Assembly: GCA_047495785.1 (NCBI GenBank)
Contig: JBLDXI010000024.1
Span: 4,402,001-4,466,000, forward strand
Length of the DNA: 64,000 nt
From: Lepidodermella squamata
Lineage: Eukaryota > Animalia > Gastrotricha
Reading direction: 5' to 3'
Part shown: positions 51,001 to 64,000 of the stretch, piece by piece
Numbering within the stretch: the first letter of the stretch is position 1
How the letters are laid out: every line of letters starts with the position of its first letter
The notes under the pieces: model-generated
Database searches by the model: none
What the model was told of the DNA's origin: nothing
What the model saw: only the letters and a program-made list of their open reading frames with translations
Program-made: the position numbers and the translations under genes

Positions 51001-54000
51001 ACCAAATATATCCCATAGGATCTACTGGTCCAGTTTCTGTTTTCTGTGAAATGGTAGCTCATAGTGGCGGTTTTACGGTGATCCATCGAAACAAAAATGA
51101 TGGCTTTGACTTCAATAAAACATGGGCAGACTACGAAGCTGGGTTCGGAAATCTCAACGGTTCACATTACATCGGGAACTCGATCATCTACCAGCTCACA
51201 AAAGCGGCTGGCCTAAATTATATGCTAGTCATTGTGTTAGAAGACACCACTGGGGACCAGCGATCAGCTGTTTATACTGGATTTTCACTGCTGGAAACGG
51301 TGAACTACACGCTATCCATTTCTGCCATGAATGGGGATGATCAGGGTGATTCCATGGCGAGTTCGAATAACCAACCTTTCCAGACCTACGACCAACCGAA
51401 AGGTCGCTCTTGTGCTACGATGCGACCTGGTGCGTGGTGGTTCAAAGTGCCAACAAACGCAGACCCAGTCAATCCGGATTGCTCTGATGCTAACATGAAT
51501 GGAATCGTCGGCGCCAACTCATGGGAGAGGGGGTTGTTTTGGAGCACCTGGAAGGGCAGAAACACATCCCTTGCCTCAAGCCTTATGATGATACGATCTG
51601 GTAAATTGTGCAAAAACTCATCGCCATTCTGAACAGCAATTGTGTTTTAGTGAGCAGCAGAGAATCGGACTGCGTGGAAATATTTTTCGGCAATGTCAAC
51701 ACAAGCGACGTATTTTGGCTTTTCCATCCGTCAGTTGGGCCTCTACAGGTTATATGTGATACACTGAACTACGTGACAGGATGGAAAGGATGGATCGTGA
51801 GTCCCTTTTTATGACTTCGGGGGTTTTCAACTTAGGCTTCTGACTGGACTGAGCTGTTTGACTGGAAATATTTGACAGCAAATATGTAGAGCTTCTCAAC
51901 CTGGGTTCTCAGGCGTGGGTCGCGATGAGTATCTGATCGTTTACTTGAAACACAGAAATTCCGGAGAAATACCTTTGTTACATGATATTTTTAATGGATC
52001 GCGGCCTGTCGAACAAATTCAAACAAATGTTACGGGAAAAAGAGTGAAAGCCGAATGAAGAAAATTGAGTCTGAAACTTCATTCGCTTAGGTTATCCAGC
52101 AACAATTTTTCAATACGACATCATTTATCAGAACCTGGTCGGAATACAAGAATGGTTTCACTGTTCCACCATTCGCGTTAACTAAGGATTTTTGGATCGG
52201 TTAGCATTTAATAATTATTTCAACAGCGTGATCAAAGACTTTACAGGTAACGAGATTTTGTACAAATTGACCAAGGATAGTGCCTATCAATTGGCCATCA
52301 TATTAATCTTGCAAAACAATACTGAGCTTCGGGCATTTTACGGTGATTTCCAAGTCGGCAGCGAGGAGGATGGTTACAGGCTATTTGTCAGTAATTACCA
52401 AGGCACTGCTGGGGATATGCTGTCAACCAAGCACAACTACCAACCGTTTTCGACTTCGGATCGAGGCCCAGCCTCCGGGTGTTTCCCTTCGTATGGATTA
52501 ACGGGAGGCTGGTGGTTCCCGAGTAATTGCGAATTCGATTCGAACTTGAATAACAAAATGTCCTCGAGCGCTGTAAATGCGACTTTAAAATGGGGAAACT
52601 TGGCTGTAAAATCCGTCAGAATGTTGATTCAACGCAAAAAATGGCGTAAGAGCTTTGAGATGAGACTTGAAACTGTATATGAACTCCCTGAACTAGCTAA
52701 TGTCAAGAATGCTGCCAATGCTACAACGATCAATTTAAATTCGGCTGACTATGGCGTGGTAAGGTACGAATGCAACAGAAAGTATTACCCAGTCGGTAGC
52801 CCAGAGAGAGTGCAAATCGTTGGCCCTTGGATATATTCCGGGAATTCACTTTCGTGCAATCGTAAGTTGATTAGCTCATGACACTTCAGCCTAAAAACTT
52901 CTTCCGCAGCTCGGCCTTTGCCATACGACTGCAGTTCTATCCAGGATTACAACTCAGCAATGGGTTTTACTAGCGAATCGGGCTTATTCACTTTGAATGA
53001 GACAACAGTCGGCAGTTTTGCGGCGTATTGCGATCAGGATACAATGGGCGGTGGCTGGACTGTGATTCAACGGCGCGTAGATGGGAGCCAGAGCTTTGCC
53101 CAAGACTTGGCTACTTATGAAACAGGATTTGGCGATCCGTTAGCGAACTTTTGGCTAGGTAACGCTAAAATCAGAGCCATGACACAGGCTGGAGACTACG
53201 AACTGCTGGTTCAGGTCGGAATGGCAAACACATGGGGCTACTCACTGTATAGTAGCTTCTACCTGTCGGGAGCTAACAGCAGACTTGGTATTGCAGGCTA
53301 CAGCGCTGATTCAAAAATAGGAGACTCGCTCACGCCTCTCCAGGGTAATCCTCTCGTATTGGACGCATGTGGGTTGGGTGGTTGGTGGATAACTTCGCCG
53401 TGCAACTTAACTACGATTCAAAGCAATTTGAACAACCTGTATGGCATTCAGGCTCAAGGATACATGAACGTCTTCTGGCAGACTTTTACCACACCAGTTA
53501 CGACACCATTAGCTCGTACGGAGATGAAGATACGGCGAATCGTGCCGAGTGGGAAATACATCAAGGCCCCCAACTATCAATGCAGCAATGGTGGCCAATC
53601 AACTACCCTAACTAACATCTCAAGCCCGGAACTTTGCATGACTAAATGCACGACCTTCACTACATATACTTGCGTTCTTTTTGTATACAATCGCAACGTC
53701 AAGTCTTGCAGCTTGCGAAGCTCTATCTGCAAGTATGGCGAAGGGGCTGTCAGCAGTGCGTCAGATACTTACTATCGAAATGAGCTTCTGAGCCATGTCA
53801 CAGCCGATTGCGGTCCTCCTCCTGGGATGATGAACGCGCAGATGGAAATTGCTGGAATGCCAACGGTCATGTCTGTGAATTACACGTGTAAATACCTTCC
53901 GTACTACAAAAATACGCTGGCTACTCAAGACTGGTCCTTACTAACTTGCAACCAGACCACAGGACGCTGGACAGGCAATGCCGTTGACTGCCATGGGTTA

Positions 54001-57000
54001 TGCGGCTTGTTGCCAGATACCACCGGGTCGAATTCACACATCGCTTCTGTTACATACAATGCTGGCATTTTCACTATCTTTTACGAATGCGATGAAAACT
54101 TTGCGTTAGATGTTGGTAATCTTACCAAAACTTGCTTTTCGAATGGCTCTTTGGCTGGTGGTGTGCACAGTTGCGTCTCGAGTCGTTGCAAAGATCCTCC
54201 TGTTTTCCCAAACACCACCAATAATTTCACCGTTCCAACAGTAGTCGCGCCAGAGCTGCGAAACACGCGAGGCAGTGTATGGGAGTATCAATGTGACACA
54301 CCTGGATACGTTTTCTATGACACTGGCCAGGCAACTGCAACTTTGACTTGCGCAGTCTCAAAGCAGTGGGAAGGAAACGTCGGGTTTTGCATTCGTAAGT
54401 CTTAAAATTGTTCGAATTTTCAAAACTGATCCTCTCAATAACCTCAGCCGATTGCTCTTCTATCGGCGGCTGTCAAAACGATGGCTATTGCTACCTGCCG
54501 AAAAAGTGCGAATGCATTGACGGCTGGTTGGGTGCAAATTGCTCCATTGGCAAGCTTATAGTTAAATATTCAGAATAAATATCATATTACGCCATTTTCG
54601 TTCATCAGCTAATTGTTCGTCACTGTCTAACTGCCACGGGCATGGATTTTGCGGCCAGCCTGGCAACTGCACGTGTAATGCAGGCTGGTCAGGGTCTGAC
54701 TGCTCGACCCGTAAGTTCATCGTACGTTTCCCGGATAGAACTTCTCCGACTATTGTTTTTCAGCCATCTGCTCTCTCGTTTGCATGAATGGAGGTAACTG
54801 CACTGCGCCTAATGTATGCACCTGCGCAACGGGCTGGACCGGTTCGGCGTGTAGCAATCGTAAGTCTCAACTATCTAATAGATGTTAATAATGATGAGTC
54901 CCCAGCTATTTGCTCGACACCTTGTTCGAACGGAGGATCATGTACTGCGCCGAATACATGCACGTGCAAAACAGGCTGGACGGGCGGTACATGCGCCCAG
55001 CGTAAGACTCGACTATTTTCAGCACATCAGATTTAGATAAATGAAGAGTCTTTTCAGCGGACTGTACATCCTTGGGTGGCTGCTTGAATGGCGGAACTTG
55101 CAGCGCTTTTGGAAATTGCACATGCTCGAAGGGATGGACGGGTGTAAACTGCACGACGCGTAATAGGGCACTGATTAAACCCATGACATTGATTGAGATA
55201 CAATTGTTTTGTATTAGCGGACTGTTCAGCAATTGGCGGCTGTTTAAACAGCGGCACTTGTTCAGCGCCTGGCAACTGTACCTGCACAAGCAAATGGCTT
55301 GGACAAAGATGCGAGATTCAAAATGCTAATTGCTCCAGCCTTGGATCTTGCTACAATGGAGGCACGTGCACTGGGATAGACGTATGCAGTTGTGCTTCCG
55401 GCTGGAATGGAACAAATTGCGCATTGCGTAAGCTTGAAATTTGTCAAATATCGAGCAGAAGAATAATCATTTCTGTAATGTAGCCTCTTGCTCCAACATT
55501 GGGGATTGCAAAAACGGAGGAATTTGTGCTCAGCCCAATGTTTGCACCTGTACGGGAATGTGGACCGGCAAGGACTGTTCGGAGAAGAAAAACGAAACCG
55601 CCATAACTACCGCCGTTTCAATCTCATTCATAACAGCAATGCCACCCCAGACATTAATAGCAGCAGCCACTCCCATCAGTGCTGTAGCTGTAGAGGCTTC
55701 GATTCGTATAAGCGCCACGCAAAACACTACAGCTCTAGCCGTGTCGTCAACAGCATTCATCGCAGACTTGGCCCCTGTAATGGCGAAATACGCTGAACTG
55801 GCGAGTCAGATGGCCCCGGAGGCCGTAGGCAATATTACCGTTGCTTACGCAACAGCTGCAAGTTCCGTCATGTTCGCAGTGTCTGAATCAGTCACTACTA
55901 CCGAGGAAACGACTTCGAGCCCGCTATCTTTAATCCTTACCGAAAAAACCATAAAATGTAGAGCAGATCCAGATGAGGCTACGATACAAAACCAAAAGAC
56001 TGCGTTATCAACTGAAGATGTGAGTTCGGTAAACAGGTGCCTTTATTGCACTGTACTTAATTTGTAGAACCTAATCAGTCGCACATGTCCACATCCCACC
56101 TCGAAACGTGCCAGGGGAAAAATTAAAAAATTCCGCATTTTCCTCATCTTCTGCACTCAAAAGTTTAATAATTTTAATATTTTTGAATAAAATTTAATTT
56201 ATATAATTAAAATTGATTAAAAAATTTTAAAACTATTTTTGATGGCGACGCATTTATTTGGGAAAACTTTTTCATCCGACCAATGTCTTCTTTCATCCGA
56301 AAACAAAACCTGTGACTAAAACATTCTGACATGCTATTTCATATTTTAATAAAAAAATACATTTAAACAGTGACTACTCGGATCGCCATAAATCTTTTTT
56401 TTTAAATATCATGTTTTATTTGGGTTCAACCCCGCGATTATGTAAAACCGTGGAATCTTATAACCGCTAATTGTTTTTAGGTTAGTATTGGTGTTTTGAT
56501 TACTTTGAGTGTATATATTAACTGTCATTATAGTATCAGTTTGTTCTTCAAAAATGTAAAATCGTGAAATATTATTATATGCGAAGAGTATAAAAAAACC
56601 AAGATCAAGTAAGATAGGAATAGTCAATGCATGCGGAAGTACGAACTGAAATGTGTCAGTTTACAGGATATTCGTTTCACCTCATTATTCTTTCCTTTTC
56701 TCTCTGGGAAATGGGATCCCCGGGGACAACTGAGCGCATAGCTAAGGAGGCCCGACAAAACAAGGCTCGCGCTAGCCCACCGGCTGACAACGAGAGCCTC
56801 TACGGGCCATCAGAGCCACGCTCACGCTCCGGGGGGCCATGTCCGAGAGAGAAAATTTCATTTTTTTTTCAATGATTATTCGCAGGTTTTTTTCAGTTGT
56901 AATATGAGGTAGTAGTAAAAATCTTTCATTATAAAATTCTGCCGTTTTAGGGGCCAAAATAGGGTGCATAAAAGGGGTACGCCCTCACTAAAAAATCGAA

Positions 57001-60000
57001 CTCGAGAAAATCGGAAAATAGGTACCTTCCATATCGGATGATTCTAGTCACATTTTTGGTTCTCGGATGAAATAAGACATTGGCCTGATGTAAAAAGTCA
57101 CACCCCATTTATGAGCCCCGCAGGCGCTCGTAAGCCACGGTTTATTAATTCCGGTTCTGGCCTATATTTAGGTGCTGTCTAGTAATTCGTAAAATACGGT
57201 ATACAGTTCTCTCTCGATAACTGCGCGGGGTTCGAGTCCGTGAAATAATCGAGGGAAACAGTTAACGAGGCGTTTTTTGCTTAAAACAGATGGTGCCACG
57301 TGACCTTATTTATTTTAAAGTATACTTTCATCATACGACCAGGGTCGAACCCATACGATCTCTCATCTATCCCAGTGTCAAATATAGATTTAGCCTACTT
57401 TATGAGACTTGGAAATAGGAAATAGGAAACAAATGCTCTTCCTTTTTCAGTCATCCAAGCTATATGGAAATTTCAATCAAATGATTGACGTTATGCTAAA
57501 GATGGTTGAGGCGAATCTGAAAACAGGCAAAAACTTCACATTTAATGGCCAATTCTTCTCTGTGATTCTGAGTGTCATCGACGCCAGAAAGCTCCCAAAT
57601 CTGAAGCTAGAGACCATTCACACAGCTGTCGTCTTCCCTAGCACGTCAATGGCTGCTGAGTTCATTGATTCCAGGGCTTCAGGAGTTGACATTAAAGACT
57701 CTGATACCGTGACCGTTGCAATCACAGCCTACATCGTTAACGTCTTCGACCCTAAACAGCCGTTCAACATGCCAACCATTTCTGTGAAGGTTTTCTACCA
57801 GAAAAAAGAGCTGGTTCTTAAGAAAAACTATCCTACGAGAATAACAGGTAAACCTGTTATTTCTCGAGCAGCATTGCTAGCTTTGCAAAAATCCGACTCT
57901 CAATGCGATGTGAGCAAGATATCATGCGACCTGACTACGAATGCGGATACACTTGGATCATTGGCCCTCTTCGCTGTTTCTTCGGATTCTGGCGATTTTG
58001 TGTTGATATTCCCGGTCATCAAGTACAATTACACGGCTTATCTATCTTTGAATAGCACTCCTACAGTTAGGAGCTATACCTGGTCTGTTAATGTTACTCA
58101 AACCAGTGTCAGCACGAGTGTAAATGCCAGCCTTGGAGAACTCAAGTCAAGTTACAACACAGCAGTTGAATTGAGAATATTGATCCCACAATCAGCGTTG
58201 CAGGATTTTGTTGAAATGCATGGATTGCCATTGATTGAAAATGTGTCTTTCATACTGCATGTTTACACCAAGAAAGATTTCTCAAGCTTTTCGACGATGG
58301 ACGACTTGCCAGCTGATGCTTGTGAATTACAACGATGCTACGGTTACCATCTCAAGGTAGGATTCGCCAAGGCACGAAACACGAACTCAAGGAAAAAGCG
58401 TGATGCGTCACAAACGAGTTCTGGTGACGATTTCGAGCTTGATCCCAGTTCGACTGAATCTGCAGTTACTTTTAAATCATCCTACTTTGGCGATTTCGGA
58501 GCTGATCTATTGATCTCACCCAACACCATCGAATTCTCTGATATCTTCGCCAACTTTGCCACCCTTGTATCAGACAACGCATTTGTTCTCGCTTTTCAAG
58601 TTGCTGCGGTTGTGTTCTTCATCATTGGAGTGATTGTCGTATGGCGATTCGACAAACTCGACATCAAAGAGTGGGCGTTCATGCCCCTGAAGAGCAACAA
58701 GCCTTACGAAACTCACAAGTATCTTGTTTCTGTCGATCACTTTGGCGTTAAAAACTACCATCTGAAGCCTGTGGTTCTACTCCGAGCTTACGGTGATATC
58801 AGTGATACAAACTGGCGAGTCCTTGAAGATTGCGAAAGGGAAACGAATTTTGACGGAAGGAGACCAGCCAATTTCATGATGACTACAACTCTGCCTATTG
58901 GCCATATCGAAGCAATCGAAATTCGAATTCACAGTCGATTCAGGGCGCCACATGGAAGCAAGCCTCTTCAGATGCAGATCGATAAAGTTGTGATGGTGGA
59001 TATTGAGAAGGGACAGAAGTTTGTTTTCTTGACCAAGGCTCCAATGAAAAGTGGAGAGATGAAGTTCAAAGAACTCGCGACTGAGGATGAGATCAAAGGC
59101 TTCAAGTACTTGGTCAGCGCTCATTCTCGAGTTGGCTTATTCAGTTCTCACCCTTGGCTATCGATCGGGAGGCGTCCTCTTCCAAGTAGCTGGACCAGAT
59201 GCGAACGCCTGGCGTGTGTGGTTAGTGCCCTCTTCATGGCCATGCTGGTAAACGCAATGTTCTACGGGAAAGAGAGCAAATCACCCCGAGTCGGCGTCAA
59301 CATTGGAGGATTCTTCCGCCTGTCCTGGTTTACAGTTTACACGAGCTTCATCGGATGCGTCATCGTCATCCCTCCAACTGCGATTATGGCCTTCATTTTC
59401 AAGCGAATTCGACGTCGATCGGCTGAGAATAGCCAATACACAACTATTTTCAACGTGGCATTGGGATTAAAGCGACGAGATGCCGATAGCAAAGAAAAGA
59501 AGCCATTTCAGCTTCCTTACTATTGTGCCATCATTGCATGGATTTGTAAGTTTATCAGCTTATGCCTGTTCATTCTTGAATTTAGTTAATTCTAGTGGTC
59601 GCTGGCTGTGTTGGAGTCTCTTCCTTCTTCATCGTCATGTACAGCCTGATGTGGGGCAAGGAGAAATCGCTGCAGTGGCTCAGTGGAATGGTCATGAGTG
59701 TTGTTCAAGACATCATTCTCATCCAAACAGTCAAAGTCGCATTGCTGTCCGTCTGCAGTTCAACTTTGTTGTCTCTGCCTGATGACGGTCTCGACATTGG
59801 CAAGATGACATTCTCTAAGAACAGCTCCAACAAGAAATCGGAGCTCTTCAAGCGGATGCGGAACATCTTCGGCGGAATTTTCCACCACATCATCTACGTC
59901 GTTGCATTTGCTATTGTCGTCTCAGCTACGCAGAACAGACTTGCTTATCAACAAATTGGGGACTTGAAGCCGCTTGTCGTGATGCCTACTGTACCTCAGA

Positions 60001-62734
60001 TGGCCGTGATCAATGATTACAGCCAAATTTATTCGTGGCTGAACAACAACCTTTTGCCGCAGTTTTTCACTGCCAACCAGTTGAGCAAGGGCTTGAAATT
60101 CAACGTGAAAAACGTCTACCAAGTTCTAAATCACGATGTGGTAGTTCTCGGGCCTATTCGCTTGAGACAACAAAGAGTGCGCTCAGGCAAGTTAGCTTAA
60201 ACAGTTCTCCCTTAAGCAGTTGAACAGTTAAAAACTTAAAAACCAAAATGGCTTGCTGCTGGCCCTGAAACGCATCCCAAACAAATTGAGAAGCCCAAGT
60301 TTAATAACTGTAGCCCTTGGATATTTCTAGCTCCACTAGCTCTATTTCTTGATTATCATTATAACATTGAAGAAACTAATTCGCTAAATCTGTGGCCTTT
60401 TTGACTAATCTACTGTTTGCCCTCAAGAGATCACCCCAAAACAAGTGATAATAAATTTAAAGTTTAAAGGCACCAGGACATTACACGATAACAGCTGTAC
60501 GGTTATTAACGAGCTTTCCAACAAAATCATTGTTGAGATTTTACTATAGTTGTAGCTATAATAGTGGCCGAAGGCGCCCAATTTAATATCCCACTCCACA
60601 CAAAAATATTGCAGCATTTAAACAATACAATATAAACACAAACAAATTTGGTTTTACACCAATAAGGGTCTTGAGGACAACACTCAACGTAACCGAATGA
60701 TTCACATGATTACCTCATTTCAGCCCCATGTTTGTTGGAGACTTCGGCGATTCCTCAGTATGTCAAGAAATTCACAGATCTGCTCGTTGTCAACACTACA
60801 AAGTGTCAAAATCAATACGTTGGCCAGCTTGGAGTTGGAGTGGACACTGAGGCCAGACAGTTTTCCAATTTCAATTGGACTTACAACTTAAATACTACTG
60901 CTTGGGTACCAGAGAACGTCACAACTGATCAGGCGCCATGGATCCATCGAGAAGATAGTGGGATCCCCTACTCAGGCTGGCAAGCTACCTACACTAGCGG
61001 TGGGTATTACGTTGATCTACCTGTGAATCTTGCGAAAGCTCAAGCATTCGTTTCTGGGCTTCAGTCGAGAAGATGGCTTGACAATGCAACTTCAGTCCTT
61101 TTCGTCGACATGGTTCTGTTCAATGCACAGGTCAACTTGTTCATTGCGGTGAAAGTAATTTTTGAAGCCCTGAGTGCTGGAGGCATGACTTATCATGCGA
61201 GGATGTATCCTCTTCAGCTCTACCAATACATCGGAGCCAGTTCGATCTTCGTTTTCGCCATTCAAGGAATTTGGATTTTGCTTGTTTTCTCGCATCTGGT
61301 CAAGATTTTCATCAAAATGAAGAAGGAAGGATTCACAAAGTTCCGAAAAGATGGATGGAACTTGTTGGAGCTGTGCCAGATATTGATAGCCTTGGCCATC
61401 GTTGGATTTTTCATAGCTCGAATTGTCGTAGTTATGAAAGCTGTTACGAGACTTCAAACCGATCGAACTTCTTTTGTGAATTTCGATCTTCTGGTCAACT
61501 GGGAAGCATTGATGGCCAATCTGTACGGCATCACCTTTTTCATGACGATGCTGCTGTTTTTCCGCCACCTCACCTTCAACAAGTACTGGTGCATGTTCTT
61601 AGGCACCCTTTCTAAGGGCAAAAATGACGTTCTCTCATTTCTGTTTGTTTTCACGCTGATCACGATTCTCTTCGCACAACTTGGCTACCTGAGCATGAAC
61701 ACAACTCGCGACGAGTTCCAGAGTTTCAGTGAATCGATTCTGACCCTTATTCAGAATATTATTGGCGTAAGCGGCTCTCTGATGTCGCTCAGCTTCACAT
61801 CGCGATTCATCATGTTATTTTGCATGGCTTACTCAACTATCGTCATGTTTTTGGCTGTTCAGGTCTTCATGACAATTATATCGGTTACCTATGGCCAAGT
61901 TGCCGATAACGTTGTGGAAAACACCGACTGGGACCACGAACTATCGAGTTACATGGCAGAGGAGTTATCATCCGCTGTTACTAAAGCGATCGCGAAGCAA
62001 GAAATAGCTCCGCCAGTTTTCGAACCTGTTGGAGAACGCAACCTTGCAAAACGTAAGCCCTCATCGAACTAATATAGCGCTTTTTATTCCATGTTACAAT
62101 AGTCGAACTTTCAATCCACCGCTTTTCACGATTCATTGAGACGCAAATTGCGGACGAAACCTATGAAAGAGTAACGAAACGCGAGCGTTGTTTGATGCAC
62201 TGGATGGACCTGAAGTTGCATGCTTCACGACTGCGGAGAGTGATGAACCCTCCTGCTCAGCGTCAGGTTCCTGCAACCATCGACAGCTCAACGAAGATCA
62301 AAGACCCTAAGCTGTTCCTACATGGCGACAAAATTGTAACGCAACGAGGTCATTTCGTTAAGAACATCGAACCACTTCCCGAGCCGATTCTTCTAGACTG
62401 GTCCCGCCAGATGCAAGTTAGCAATGCCAACCCACCAGTTTTGCCGAAGCAGATATTCATGCCTCAAATCGCCAAACCGGCTGTGCCTGACATCATGTTC
62501 AAGGAAAAGTATGTCACGAAAGAAAGCCCAGTAGCAAAGCCACCAGCTCCGAATCTATCACAAAAAGGACCGCAAAAAGGACCGCATGTCAGTCCGGGTC
62601 AGAAATCGCTGTGGGGTATGCTCTTCCCTAATAAGAAGCAGCCTGACAGTTTGCCAGTCGGGTCAGTTCGAGGAATGTACGACCCTAAGAAACAGGGTGG
62701 TCGCAGTCAGTTAAATGCATATCCAACACATTGA
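45044..62734 (+). CDS. Polycystin-1-like paralog, copy 3; apparently intact, three EGF exons fewer than copies 1/2
   Basis: ATG 45044 ([17 protein letters not shown]). Exons collinear with copy 1. Long ORFs 52918-54405, 57409-59589, 59595-60200 and 60732-62072; stop at 62732-62734; AATAAA ~62813. Confidence 0.88.
46066..46849. mobile_element. Mutator-like (MULE) internal-deletion element, nested within an older inverted-repeat element (~45753-46950)
   Basis: 9-bp TSD CGAGAGTTT (46057-65, 46850-58). ~120-bp TIRs with TCACTTGCGCAT subrepeats. Minus-strand remnant [40 protein letters not shown] resembles the C-termini of animal MULE transposases. Confidence 0.78.
50093..50180. repeat. Hairpin/inverted repeat in expanded intron of copy 3
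   Basis: AAATTTTTCTGCAATTTTTGGCACCT...AGGTGCCAAAAATTGCAGAAAAATTT. Confidence 0.7.
56260..57107. mobile_element. Inverted-repeat element(s) expanding the post-stalk intron of copy 3 (intron ~56020-57450)
   Basis: TCATCCGACCAATGTCTTCTTTCATCCGAAAACAAAA.. is inversely matched by ..TTTTGGTTCTCGGATGAAATAAGACATTGGCCTGATG. The same intron is ~50 nt in copies 1 and 2. Confidence 0.6.
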
Positions 62735-64000
62735 ATGCAGAAACTGTAAAGCGATGACAACTTGGAAACATTTGTGAGTGATTTTTTGAACCAATCATTG
62801 ACGGTGCAACTGAATAAAAGACGTATCAATTTCTAATAACATTTCAAGTTTTTAAATCCGAATAAGCATTGCAGCAACAGACTGTATTAATGAATTCCAC
62901 GCGTGAAAACAGGAAACAGGAAACTACAGTATTAGAAATGATTTGTACCAACAAATTGTCTGATTATCTTCTGTCCAACGTCCAACAAAATGAACCTTTG
63001 CTGGGCATGAGTAATGCAAGTATCTTGAACAAAAGGCCAATCCAAGGCGCACGCTGATTGGTCATTCGACTTCCGGATGAGACATTATGGTCGTGCGAAC
63101 AAAAAGGTTTTTTGCTGCAAGCAATTTACCACCATTAATAAGGAGTTTACGCTCGTGGCCAATGGAAACCGTGCAGAGGGTATGGCAAGGTTAAACTTAC
63201 CGCAGCGGTACCACAATGAAACACATAAACATTAAAAATGCGAATAGTGCGACCTTGAAGCAGGCTGCCTCTCCTGTGCACCTGTTCGTTAGATATGAAT
63301 ATATGAAATGTCAAATATAGAAGAGGTGTTTGATCCTTAAATCATTCATAGTTTCCTGCATATCACACAAATTTCGATTAGTAAATGACTATATAGACTG
63401 TGTTAGTTAGTTCTCCGCATGAAAAGAGGAAACAGGAAACCATATGATTAGCAGTGATTTTGTCTTTCGAAAAACAAGAATAATGCTTTTACTTCAGGGG
63501 TTTCAGAGAGGGGGCCTCCGGCTCTCCGGCCCTCCGGCTGGCTGAAGCATCAGTGGTCGATACTCATGGAACAGAGCGCCGATATCAAGCCCCAAGATCA
63601 TCCGTCGCCTTGGTTCGATCGAGTCAGGAAACGAAAAAATCTTTGCCTCGAAGAAGCCACTCAAAGCGGTCGCCTGCCAGCTGGGTTCGCACAGAAATCA
63701 ATGCATCAACATCGCGGCGTTTGGATTGACTGCCGCATACACGAATGTCTCGACTTCTCGAATCTAAGAAGGCTGGTTTTGACCAATTATTGCAAGTTTT
63801 AGCCGATAGCCCCCATCCATTTCGAAAAAACACTTGTTTTGAAAATCGATTATTGGAATCGATATTAGTTCTACAGGCTTAACCTCAATTCGTAAAGCCA
63901 AGTGAAATAATGCGAACTTTCATTCACTAAGTTTTTCAGCATAATAGCGCATTTCTCAAACTAGTAGCAATTTACAGCAGTTTACCCATTTTAGTAGCGC

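Overview
Eukaryotic (invertebrate-type) genomic DNA with very short introns (~48-60 nt). Three tandem, same-strand paralogs of a giant polycystin-1-like (PKD1-like) gene dominate the window, at ~711-15748, ~20761-37302 and ~45044-62734. Their spliced architecture is unusual: signal peptide - ~10 EGF - F5/8C(discoidin)-like - EGF-like - four fibrinogen C-terminal (FReD) domains - PAN/apple - sushi/CCP repeats - 8-11 EGF - Ser/Thr/Ala stalk - degenerate GPS with a furin-type RK(K/R)R site - TM1 - PLAT/LH2 - further TMs - polycystin channel domain. Copy 2 carries a frameshift and an exonic DNA transposon. Between copies 1 and 2 is an intronless, GC-richer gene for a secreted GP42/'transglutaminase elicitor'-family enzyme fused to a CUB-like domain (horizontal-transfer candidate) with a eukaryotic TATA/Inr promoter. 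Between copies 2 and 3 is a chimeric relic joining a fragment of a fourth PKD1-like copy to a deleted transglutaminase copy, suggesting the duplicated unit was [PKD1-like + TGase]. Many non-autonomous DNA transposons (Tc1/mariner-, hAT-, P- and MULE-like) sit in introns and spacers. Exon boundaries and family assignments were made by eye from motifs and paralog comparison; no searches were run.
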